From: Octopus bimaculoides
Lineage: Eukaryota
Direction: 5' to 3'
DNA: 64,000 bases
NCBI RefSeq assembly: GCF_001194135.2
Contig: NC_068994.1
Location: 12,647,078 to 12,711,077, forward strand
The notes below the pieces were generated by a model. That model made no database searches. It had not been told where the DNA came from and saw only the letters and a program-made list of their open reading frames with translations. Of the stretch, positions 26,761 to 39,837 are shown piece after piece (the stretch's first letter is position 1; each line of letters begins with the position of its first letter). The translations under genes were made by a program, and so were the position numbers.

Positions 26761-29700
26761 NNNNNNNNNNNNNNNNNNNNNNNNNNNNNNNNNNNNNNNN
26801 NNNNNNNNNNNNNNNNNNNNNNNNNNNNNNNNNNNNNNNNNNNNNNNNNNNNNNNNNNNNNNNNNNNNNNNNNNNNNNNNNNNNNNNNNNNNNNNNNNNN
26901 NNNNNNNNNNNNNNNNNNNNNNNNNNNNNNNNNNNNNNNNNNNNNNNNNNNNNNNNNNNNNNNNNNNNNNNNNNNNNNNNNNNNNNNNNNNNNNNNNNNN
27001 NNNNNNNNNNNNNNNNNNNNNNNNNNNNNNNNNNNNNNNNNNNNNNNNNNNNNNNNNNNNNNNNNNNNNNNNNNNNNNNGCACAGGAGCCAGTCCAGCGG
27101 CACTGGCAACGATCTTGCTCGAATGTCTTTTCACGTGCCACCAGCACAAGTGCCAGGAAGGCGATGCTGGTAACGATCACGCTCAAATGGTGCTATTTAC
27201 GTGCCACCGGCATGGAAGCCAGATAGCTGCTCTCGCAACAATCACGCTCGAACGGTGCTCTTAGCGCTCCACTGGTACAGGTGCCATCACAATTTCGCTT
27301 TCGCTTGCCCCAACAGGTCTTTGCAAGCCGAGTTTAGTGTTCAATGAAAGAGACGTTGGCATGGGTGCCAGTCACTCAGGGCCTCACTGAGGAAATGGCA
27401 AGGGACTGGGAGATGTGGCAACTTGCTGTACTTGTTAAGACATGCCAAGCTTAGTAAAATCACTGTCTTCCATACATACAGGCTTGTCCTTTCAGGTGCC
27501 TATGGCACTTAAAAAGCATCTGTGCCAGTGCTGTGTTGACACTCCTGTGCCAGTGACACGTAAAAAGCACCCAGCACACTCTGTTAAGTGGTTGACATTA
27601 TGAAGGGCATCCAGCTGTAGAAATCATGCCATGACAAACAGTTAGTCTGGACAGCTCCATGTCAAGCCATCCAACCCATGCCAGCATGGAAAGTGGACAT
27701 TAAACGATGGTGATGATGATACACACATGGATTAGGAACACTAAGCAGTGATGTGTATGAACATAAGCTTGTTACTGGTTCAAATATGCTTGGGACATAT
27801 TCAAGTCTGTCAGTAGGCCATTCACTGCTTTTTGTCATGGGGAAAAATTCTTGATTTAGACACCTTTTGTATTCTGCAAGAATTCTTCTCCATGACAAAA
27901 TGAAAGTGAATGGCTTTCTTTTGGGTTCAAATATGTCTCAAGCATATTTGAACTAGTAAAAAGTTTTTATGCATATCATCATCAGCATCAACATTTAACA
28001 TCCGTTTTCCATGCTAGCATGGGTTGGACGACTTCACCTGAACTGGCAAGGCCAGAGGCCATACACACACACACACACACACACATGGGTAAGCAAATTC
28101 TGAGTTCAAATTCTGTGATGGTTGACTCTGTCTTTTGTGTATTTGAGATTGATAAAATAAGTACCAATCAAGTACCGAGTTTAGTGTAATCAACTCACAC
28201 CCTAACTCCTAAAATTGCTGGCCTTGTGCCGAAATTTGGAACCATTAGTACCTACACTTTAGAAACGAAGGTTTTAGTCTGAATACTGACTTATACATAA
28301 CCCAAAATTATATCACTTTATTCCATCTAACTCACAATCTATTAAACAATTCAAAGGATTCTTAGAAGCAACAATGAAAAAAATGAATAGAGGTGTTTTT
28401 ATTCTGTTTAATTACACCTGCTACTGCTTATATTCTTGGTTTCTTGTTCTACAGATCTGGCTAGGAACAAACCACCAGCTGTCTTTGACTATGGTCACAA
28501 GCATGCCAACTATCTAGGACGACCAGATCCATCACGAGGTATTGCTATATTGCTATACTGTAACTGTTGTATATGTGTGTGTGTATATATCTGAATCGGT
28601 CTATTTGTATGTACACTTTAAAAAAAAACAATAAAGACATAGCTACGTGGTTAATAAGCAGACTTAGCATCCACATGGTTTTGAGTTTAGTCCCACTGCA
28701 CAGCACCTTGAGCAAGTGTCATCTATATCCCCAGGCCAATCAATGCCTTGTGAGTGAATTTGGTACATGAAAACTGTACAGAAATCCATTGTGTGTATAT
28801 ATATATATATATATATATTTCCATTCCTTTTTTGACGTCCTGTACCCGGATATGCATCTATATATATACATGTAGATGTAGGTATGTACATATATGTATG
28901 TATACATGCATATGCTCATGTATCATTTGTATTATTATATTATCGAACACCACGCGTCCATTTGCAAGTAAGTTTTAACTTTATATTTCTGACGCGACTA
29001 TCTATCTATCCACCCATCCACCCATCCATCTTACCTATCTCCCCCTCTCGTTCTTCTTCCTTCTGTTGTCCTTGCTTCTCCCCTTCACTGCTATACATAT
29101 CTCTCTCTTACTCTTCCTACCTGTCTCTCGTCGCTCACCTTTGTTCCACTTCCTCCATTTTCCTCTCTCTACCACTCCTCGTTGATCACATGTGACCTGT
29201 GGTCACCTCTTCCTTTCTCCCTTCAGCCAGCATAAAGGCAAGATGAAACTACTGTCTCTCTCCGTTCATCTTCGTCACATCACAGCGTTCAATATCTCAT
29301 CGCGTTCGGCCCTACGGCCTTTAATGTTGTTTTCATATGTTTAATTTTTCCTGTCTTGGTTTTTGTTTGCTACTTTGGAACCCTCTGCTTAGCAGGTTAA
29401 TCCACTAAGCAGGAAGAGCTATTCTAAGAGCGCGTTCTGCCTCATCTTCAAAACGCTTAGTTTAAAATAGAGGCAGCTGATGAAGGAAAAGTTCCATAAG
29501 TGGCTCATCTGTTTTCCTATGTATTCATTCTGTTGTCTGTAAAAAAGTCCGTTTTTTTGTGCTTTATGTTTCCATTCCTTTTTTGATGTCCTGTACCCAG
29601 ATATGCATCTATATATATATATGTAGATATAGGTATGTACATATATGTATACATACATATGCTCATATATATATATATCTCTGTGTGTGTGTGTGTGCTT

Positions 29701-32700
29701 GTGTCTCACTACCACTTGACTGTGATTGGTTTGTTTATGTCATAACTTAAGCAGTTCAGCCAAAGAGACCAATAGGATAAACACCAGACTTATAAAATAA
29801 GTACTGGGATCAATTCATTTGAGTAGATTGTTCCCACACAGTTTTGGGAAGCAAGCTTCTTAACGGCACAGCAACACCTAGAGTAGTGGTAATAAAATCA
29901 GGAAAAATAATAGGCATAATTGATTTCAAATGTCTGGGATTTGAAGTCAAAATGGAAAAGAAATGGTTTAGCTGTGATTAGACATGGCCTAGAGTTAGTA
30001 CACTGCTCTACCAACTGTATCAATCAACCATTAAAAGTGTATAATCTTGTGGGTCAGCTGATCTTTAAAATTATATTGTCGTTTCTATAGATACTAGTGT
30101 GGCCAATAGGTATAAGCACAGTTGTAACTGTGTGGTAAGTTTGCTTCTTAACCATGTGGTTTCAGATTTAGTCCTGCTGCATGGCACCTTGGACAAGTGG
30201 TTTCTTGTATAGCTTTGGGGGTGACCAGTGCTTTGTAAACTAAGTGGATTTGGCAGATAGAAACTGAAAGAAACCCATCGTGTGTGTGTTGCTGTCTCCT
30301 TGCCTTGACATCACACGATAGTTGTAAATGAGTGTTGTCACCATGCAAGTGGTGTCCTTCATTCCCAATATTCTATAAAATCATACCTGGTCATTGGGAA
30401 ATCTTACCTAACTTGGAAACAGAAGTTGGTGACAGGAAGGGCATCTGGGCATACTGCTATAGAAAATCTGCCTCAGCAAATTCTGTTCATCCTATGCAAG
30501 TATGGAAAAATAGGTGTCAAAATGATGTTCTCTATTTCTCTCTTATCTTTTGCATTTTTTCTCATCATTTACAGACATGGATTTTCAAGGGAACAAGAAC
30601 TTACCTCCGGACCATATGAGGGGTGACCGAGGAAGGATGTTCCCCGAAAATGAGCACAGCCCTTTCCAAGGGAACTGGCTTCGCGATGGTGACAGGCCGC
30701 GCAACTGCGATAAGGAAGACATGATGCGGGATATGGAAAGGATGCGCAACAGGGACAGAGACATCGACCTCAGAGATCGAGACTGCCGAGACCGAGATCG
30801 TGGTCGTCCAATTGGCCATGATAGCCGAGAACGAGAGCGACTCAGGGAGCGAGACAAGTTCCGTGATGGCCAAGGCGATAGGGAGGGCTATTTGAGAGGA
30901 CGGGAGCGCATGGATGAGGAAGATAAGTGGGTTGACCGTAAGCACGATGATAGAAAGTATGATCGGGACTGCCGAGGAAGGTAGGTTCTAGATTAATTTT
31001 ATTTACTCCCCCCCCCTTTTTTTTTTATTTCTGTGTCTCATAAGGTGTTGCATTGTATACATATAATTCTTGGTTTTGTGTTCATATAANNNNNNNNNNA
31101 AATCGTAACTGTTCTTGTTAAGGTGATGGGCTGGCTGAATCATTAGCACACTAGACAAAATGCTTAGCAGCTTTATGTTCTGAGTTCAAATCCCACTGAG
31201 GTCGACTTTATCTTTCATCATCCTGGTGTTGATGAAAGAAGTACCAGTTGAGTGCTGGCGGGGTCAATGTAATCAACTAACCCCCGCCACTAAAATTTCA
31301 GGCCTTGTGCTTACAGTAGAAAGGATTATTTCTATTATTGCCCCCCAGTAAATCTTGATCCAGCAGACCATCTTGTCTTATTTTCAAATAGTAATATCAA
31401 GGACTTCATTTGTTTTTTGTTTACAATGGTTTTCCTTGCTAGCATCTTCTTTAAATGAGTATGTTGTTGCAACATTGTATTTGCAGCCTAGTGCTCTTGC
31501 TGTTGCTAACCCTTATCTGTCTTTTTGAGTAAGGGATCTCATATTTCTCTTAACCCTTTAGCATTTAAACCGGTTGTATCCAGCCCAAAGATTCTGTTTT
31601 ACTTTCAAACTAGCCAGATCCAGCCTCTTACACCTACCCTTCAATGTAATTCTAAAAATAAACAAACACATAAGTATCTCAAAGCTATTAAGATAATGCA
31701 TGATTAATTTTCAAAAAATGGGAATAAATAAGCATTACAGTTGACAGTAATCTGAATGCTAAAGAGTTAATCATATAGCCATTCCAGAACTTATCTTAGA
31801 AATCTTCATTATTATTATGGAATTTGATATTTTTGTAAAATTTGAAAATTTGTTGATCAATTGTTTTTACTGTGTTACCCTTGCATCCCCTACTTCTTAT
31901 TTCAGCTATAATTTTTGCATTTGAAATCACTTTTCTTTTTTTTTATATCTTCTAGATATAACAGCCCAAACAGGGGTTATCATAATACAGAACCCCCACA
32001 CATACGCGATGCATTCCCCAAATCCCAGCTTCCCTCACAACCAGAAACGAAGGCTGAGGTTGTATCTGCTGATGACCTGTTGTGCAAGCCAGGACGAGAC
32101 AAGCGCCCACATCAAGTGGTGGTGATAATTAGAGGCTTACCAGGCTCAGGCAAAACTTATGTTAGCAAGTTAATCAGAGTAAGTACTTGGTTTATTCAAA
32201 CAGAACACTTGCGATCGTCACTTAAGAGCATTTAAATGTACTGTGAACTGATGTTTTTTTTTTGTTTTTTTTTTTGCATTTCCAATTGTGATTTTTGAAA
32301 AGCATGAAATATTGCTTGAAGTGACTGCTAGGGATAGAGGGGTGTTGCAATGAGTACAGGGGTTAGTGGTTGGTTGAAGTCTTCATCATCATCATCGTTT
32401 AACGTCTGCTTTCCATGCTAGCATGGGTTGGATGATTTGACTGAGGACTGGTGAACCAGATGGCTACACCAGGCTCCAGTCTGATTTGGCAGAGTTTCTA
32501 CAGCTGGATGCCCTTCCTAACGCCAACCACTCCGAGAGTGTAGTGGGTACTTTTACGTGCCACTGGCACGAGGGCCAGTCAAGCGGTACTGGCAACAGCC
32601 ATGCTCAAAATGGTGTATTTTACATGCCACCTGCACAGGAGCCAGTCCAGCGGCACTGGCATGCATGTATAATTTGAAATGTAAGGTGGTGGTGATGCTC

Positions 32701-35700
32701 ATGTTTAAATATGACTTGGTAGCAAATACTATGGTTTTGCTAGTTGTTTTAAGTTCCTGTGCAGTCATGAGCAGGCATAGATACCCACTTGGCTCTCCTA
32801 CCCTTGATCCAACAGAGGACCCAGGATGTAACAGTTGGAGGGAAAGAATGTTGCCCCACCACTAGGCAGGTACTCCCGAGCTGAGTAGAGTGGAGAGATG
32901 TGAAATGAAGTGTTTTGGTCAAGGACACAGCACCCTACATGTTCCAGGAATTGAACCCACCACCTTATGATCCTGAACCTAACTCTTAACCATTGTGAAA
33001 AGTATACAAAGTGATTAAAGAACAAGTTTTACCATGCTGTGGGCAGTTAAAAATAGTCTTGTTAGACCCTCAGGGAAAGAATATACATTTTCTATCAGCT
33101 GACCAATTAGTATCTGATAGCTATTATTATTTATTTTTTATTTATGCACCCTTTTAAAGCCTAGCCAGGCTCACGGGCCCGGTTTCTATGGCATATGAGT
33201 ACCCCCCCCCTCCCAACTGGACGGGATGCCAGTCCATCGCAGCTTTATTCAAGAAACAAGAAGAAAGAGTGAGAGAAAGTTCGGATGGAAGAGTACAACA
33301 GGGGTCACCACCACCCCCTGCCGAAGCCTCGTGGAGCTTTCGGTATTTCCGCTCAATAAACACACACCCAACACCCGGTCTGGGAATCAAAACTGCGATC
33401 CTCCGACCACGAGTCCGCTGCCCTGACCACTGGGCCATTCCGCCTCCTGATAGCTATTATTAGTGTCTATAAATTAAGACTCCACTAAACTGTTCAGTCT
33501 GATTTGCATGGCAGTGCATGAGCTGACAACATTGGTTAATTATTAATTCAGTCATAGTGGACTTGTATATATGAATAGTTATGACTTATTGGTCCCTCTG
33601 TGGATAGAAGGTAAGTATTCTTTCTTTTACAAAGTTCTAACAAAACTAGAAACTGACTAGACCAATTCCATTTTGTTCTGCTGTAGGAAAAAAAAGATCA
33701 ACCTTACATTACAAATTAATTAAAAACAATGTACAGTGCATTGTGAATTATACATAAGTACATGCATTTAATTACCAATAGGGGTTTAACCACCTGAGAG
33801 ACTGTGTTAGTACAGAGGTGAATCCACCTATCTTGATGTAGCTTTGTAATGGATTATATTCTGTTGTGTTTTCCCCCAGGATAAAGAGACTAATAATGGT
33901 GGACCAGCTCCCAGGATGCTGTGTATGGATGACTACTTTATGGTGGAAGTCGAGAAAGTTGAAAAAGATTCAGAGTCGAACAAAATGATTAAAAAGAAGG
34001 TAAGCAGGTGTAAATATATGTAAGCAGTACTCCAATGTAAGTTTTAAATTTTGCAGAGAGTTTAGCAACTAATAAAGACTGAAGTATTTTTTATCTGAAA
34101 GAGAAAGCCTGCCTAGTCTTTGCAATGTAGGGTACCTTGTTGTATTATCATTTCCTTTGTACTTACTCCTTAGCAGCATCCAGAAATTTTATGCTTTTAT
34201 GTTTTTATCTTTTACTTGTTTCAGTCACAGTTTTAAAGAATTTTAGTCAAACAAATTGGCCCCAGTACTTTTTTTTTTTTTTTTTTTTTAAAGCCTTTTG
34301 CTGAATCGCTAAGTTACAGGGACATAAACACACCAACACTGGTTGTCAAGCAGTGGTGGGGGGACAAACACAGATACACACACACACACACACAAACCTA
34401 CAATGGGCTTCGTTCAGTATCCACCTACCAAATCCACTCACAAAGCTTTGGTTGGTCTGAGGCTATAGAAGAAGATACTTGCCCAAGGTGCCATGCAGTA
34501 GGACTGAACCCAAGACCATGTGGTTGAGAAGCAAGCTTCTTACTACACAGCCACACATGCACTTATCTACTTTCTTATTTCCTTTGTGGTTAATCCCTAA
34601 TTCTCTTTTATCTACTTTTTCCTTGTAATATCAGTTGTAATGCAAACTACTGCCTGGTAACATTGAATTACTGTATTTGATGGCATATAAGATGCCCCTC
34701 CCCTCTCTTTTTTTAACAATACAGAAAAATGTTTCAAAATATCACCCTAAATCCTATATGTGAGGTTGGGCCTCCCATAAGCTTTTTCCTAAATATGCAC
34801 TGCTGAAATTGGGTTGCATCTAATATCTCCACGTCTTTATTTTTTTTGCCATCAAATACGGTAGACAAAAAATATTTAAAAAATATTAATACTGTATCTG
34901 TTCTCTGTATTGTATTGCTTTTAGGTTCTGCAATATGAGTATGAACCTGATCTTGAAGAGACATATAGGCAGAGTATTCTGAAAAGCTTCAAAAAGACAA
35001 TTGATGACGGTTTCTTCCCATTCATAATTTACGACAGTGTTAATGAGAAAGTCAGGCATTTTGAAGAGTTTTGGAGCTATGCAAAATCCAAGGGATTTCA
35101 GGTAAGATAGTCTAATTTTATCTATTGTTTGTTGTTCTTGTGAGTGTTATAAATTTTCAGAAGCAGCTGTGTTTTTTTTTTTTTTTTTTTTTTTTNNNNN
35201 NNNNNGAAGCCTGGTACAGTCTTCCTAGCCAGCCCCTGTCAAACCGTCCAACCCATACCCGTATGAAAAACGGACATTAAATGATGATGATGATGATTGC
35301 TCTCGATTTAAATCCATGTTAAGTTAATTTAGACATTTAAGTTGATGCTAAGCAATTTAGTCACTTAAGTTGACGCTAGGCATAACAACTAATTGAAAGG
35401 AGAGTGTAAAAAAAAAAAAAGCGGGGGATAAGAACATGTGTAAATACTAGCATGTAAAATATTGGGTTAAAAAAAAACTCAAAGATTGCCCATAGGATTT
35501 GAACCCACATCTTCTGTAAGCATGACAAATGTTCTGTCATTTGACCAAAGCAGTCCTTTGAATTTCTCTAACCATTTTAGAGACTTTATTCTTATCAGTG
35601 AAAATTGTATGTTGATGGCATCATTATATATATATATATATATATATATATNNNNNNNNNNNNNNNNNNNNNNNNNNNNNNNNNNNNNNNNNNNNNNNNN

Positions 35701-38487
35701 NNNNNNNNNNNNNNNNNNNNNNNNNNNNNNNNNNNNNNNNNNNNNNNNNNNNNNNNNNNNNNNNNNNNNNNNNNNNNNNNNNNNNNNNNNNNNNNNNNNN
35801 NNNNNNNNNNNNNNNNNNNNNNNNNNNNNNNNNNNNNNNNNNNNNNNNNNNNGAAAGAGTACAGCAGGGTTCGCCACCATCCCCTGCCAGAGCCTTGTGG
35901 AGCTTTAGGTGTTTTCGCTCAATAAACACTCACAACGCCTGATCTGGGAATCGAAACCGCAATCCTAAGACCGCGAGTCCGCTGCCCTAACCACTGGGCC
36001 ATTGCGCCTCCACACATTTTTTTTTAGGAGGAGGTAGCCACAACAAGACACACACCAAACGTTCCATTCATTTTCCAGCTCAAAGGGAAAATGGCATCAT
36101 AAGAATTAATAAACTTTGAGAGAATGGGAAATAATTCTTTATTAAATATTCTTTTTTTCTGATGTTCATTCATTGTTCTCTCTCTGGCAGGTTTATGTAG
36201 CTACTGTTCACTCAGATGTTTCAACATGTGTAAAACGCAACATACACGGACGCACAAAACAGGATATCAACAAGGTGAGTGGCTTTCTTTCTTCTTGCCA
36301 CCTGCATTGCTCGACATTTTGATATTCATTCATGTAAATGACATTTCTTTCCTGCTGGGTTAAATATTTAAGAAATTTCAAGGATTAAAACCATGCATAA
36401 AATATGTTGTTTGTTATATTCTCAAATGCTACAGTTTTAATGTAGATTGTGTGAGATATTATAAATAGCAGCAATTTGAGAGGGGAGAAATTGAGGACCC
36501 TGACAATAGTAGGACCATCATCCTTACAATGTCCACTTTCCTTTGCTTCCATGGGTCTGATGGAGTTTGTTGAGACAGATTTTCTACAGCTGGATGCCCT
36601 TCCTGTAGCCAAATGTAACTTGTGTCAAGCAGTGTAATGTTTCCCCTATGGCAAAACTATCACAAGATGTCACGGCAAGCCCCCCCCACACACACACACA
36701 CATACATTCACACACACACACACATACATTCACACACACACACACAGTAGGCTTCTTTCAGTTTCCATCTACCAGATCCACTCATAAAGTTTTGGTAGGC
36801 TTTTGTAGAAGACACATGCCCAAGGTACTATGCAGTGGGACTGAACCTGCAACCACATGGTTATGAAGCAAGATTCTTAACCACACAGCCACTCCTGTGC
36901 CTAGAATAGTCAATCCTAATATTACAAGGTGTTTGGATAATTATCTTGTAAAGATGAAATAGCAAAGAAAAATAAACATTTACATATTATGTAATTTGAG
37001 TAAATTGTATATGCGATTGTAGTGTGATTACTAAAGCAATTATTGAATATACAATAAAAATGCAGTGTGTTTCTCATTGTTATTTTTTTCTTTTCTTTTT
37101 TCTGCTTGCTAAATGGATGATGATCAATAGCAGATGTGTCGATGAGATTTTATTTGTTATCATTTTGTCAAGTGCTTCTATCATTTTATTTCAGATTCAC
37201 AAGAACTGGGAGGAGACGCCAAAACACCATATACACTTAGATATTCGATGTCTTCTTCAGGATGCTGCTATCCCAGAGGTGAGTGTAATGTGAATGAGAG
37301 AGGTGAGTGGAGCATGGCTGAAATTGAAGACAATAAACTGGCAGTGAGTAGGAGTTTGTAGTATTTAGTCCTTGAGCTCTGTGTTCTGAATTCAAACTCT
37401 GCTGAGATCAAGTTGGCCTTTCATCCTTTCCTAGTTGATAAGATAAAGTACCAGTTCAAAAGAGCAGATTGGAAGAATCAGTAGGTTATCAGATGAAATG
37501 TCTTTCAGTATTGATTCTGGCTCATAGTTTAACACCTTGGGTAACTTTAGTAGAGGGTACCATTCTGTTGTAAGCACTCAGGCCAAGCTTGGATCAAGAA
37601 CTGCCTCTCTTCATCCCACAAGTCTTGGAGGACTCTGAGAAAATATAATGAAGGGCCATAGGGTCTACTTTTCTCTCTTTGACTAAGTTTTAAAAAAGGA
37701 GAAAATACAAAAAAACAAAGATCTGTGTTACTATGACACGTTTCTGGTCAATTAACCAAACTAGTCATATATCTTATAAGTACATGATTTTCATGAAGTT
37801 TAGTTAAATATCATCATCATTTAACGCCCGCTTTCCATGCTAGCATGGTTTGGACGATTTGACTGAGGACTGGTGAAACCATATGGCTACACCAGACTCC
37901 AATCTGTTCTGGCAGAGTTTCTACAGCTGAGAGTGTAGTGGGTGATTTTTACGTGCCACCTGCATGGGAGTCAGTCCAATGTTTTTTTCACATGCCACCG
38001 GCACAAGTGCCAGTAAGGCAAAACTGGAAACGATTGTGCTCAAATGGTGCTTTTTACGTGCCATCAGCACGAAAGCAAGACCGCTGCTTTGGCAGTGATC
38101 CCACTTGGATGGTGCTGTTAGCACTCCACTGGCACGGGTGCCAGTCATCAAATGTGGTTCAGTTTCGATCTCATCTCTTTAGATTAATTAGGAGAGAAAG
38201 AGGTTGTGCAGCACATAACTTGATATGAGGGATCTCCAAAACTGATGCTAGGAGGAGATGATCCACAGAATGGAGAGTTAGTGTGAATACATGCAACCAA
38301 GTGGACTCTATTGAAAGGTACCCAAGGGCCAGGTGTCCCCAAAATCAGATGTTGAGGACAGGAGCAAACAACTCATGGTCAGTTTAAACATTTGAAACTT
38401 GGCATTGGTTTCAAAGTTCGTGTTTGATCCAAAGTCAGAGGACCCTGTTCGTTTGTACTGCAGGAATCTACATAGAATGTATTATTA

Positions 38488-38523
<36 letters not shown>

Positions 38524-38951
38524 NNNNNNNNNNNNNNNNNNNNNNNNNNNNNNNNNNNNNNNNNNNNNNNNCTCCGTCGCTTACGACGTCGAGGGTTCCA
38601 GTTGATCCGATCAACAGAACAGCCTGCTCGTGAAATTAACGTGCAAGTGGCTGAGCACTCCACAGACACGTGTACCCTTAACGTAGTTCTCGGGGGATAT
38701 TCAGCGTCACACAGTGTGACAAGGCTGACCCATTGAATTACAGGCACAACAGAAACAGGAAGTAAGAGTGAGAGAAAGTTGTGATGAAAGAGTACAGCAG
38801 GGTTCGCCACCACCCCCTGCCGGAGCCTCGTGGAGCTTTTAGGTGTTTTCGCTCAATAAACACTCACAACGCCCGGTCTGGGAATCGAAACCGCGATCCT
38901 ATGACCGCGAGTCCACTGCCCTAACCACTGGGCCATTGCGCCTCCACTTAT

Positions 38952-38984
<33 letters not shown>

Positions 38985-39767
38985 TATACATACATGCACC
39001 AGCATTACCGCAGCCACTTGGCTGAAACACATAAATAAGAAAATATATATCCATTTAGTTGCACATCATTTCATTTATTCATTGATATATCCATTCATGT
39101 AACTTTTAATGTGTCTGTTTTAGGTTGAAATGGAAGACACATCAGATGAGAAAACTAAAAAGGATGCTACCCCACAAAAAGGAGATGCTGAAGAGGAAGA
39201 TGAACCTATAGGACCAGTGGTAAACAAATGCTTCCTTCTCTCTTGAGTTTGTGATAGAATCACGGTAAACTTTTTATTTGAAGCTAAGTCACTGTCACAC
39301 TCTATAACTGTCCTTAGTTTCCTGTTGTGATCACATTCATAAGAATGAAGTTTGTATACATCCAGATACACACTCGTATTGGCTGGATATGTCTTCTCCA
39401 GCACATACTTTATCAGCTTGGGCAGTTTTTCTCCAGCACTTACAAGCATGTATGTGCAAGTGATGATGCATCCAACCAGTATAAACAGGGAGAAAGCTTG
39501 TTGGTTCTGGTCCTGTCATCAGTGCTGAGTTTATGTCCATATCTAAAACAGTGCTCAACAACCAAGTCCACCCAGCTTAAGCAGATAGCATGTGGCTGGT
39601 GTATATGACTGTTGTAGATAGTGCAGCACAGTAATCTGTTGTGAGGTTTCAGTTCATCACTCAGAAGAAAAGGGTTCATACTTTTGTTCAGTGCTACAAA
39701 TGTCAGGATTCCTGTACTTCATATCGTTGTAGCAAAAAAGGCATTGGTCACACAAACGTATGCTCTT

Positions 39768-39837
<70 letters not shown>

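Noticed and set aside
29477-29520. Second hammerhead-like motif (ctgatga-a-ggaa/ttcc)
   Set aside because: GAAA is replaced by ATAA and no helix I or cleavage triplet can be drawn.
2961-32235. ORF-track starts at 2961, 8270, 11743, 14598, 30550 and 31915 as separate genes
   Set aside because: They are single YLPM1 exons with arbitrary start codons; splice sites and phases join them into one CDS.
33600-33620. Strong donor-like AAG|gtaagt in an intron
   Set aside because: No credible upstream acceptor giving a frame-compatible exon.
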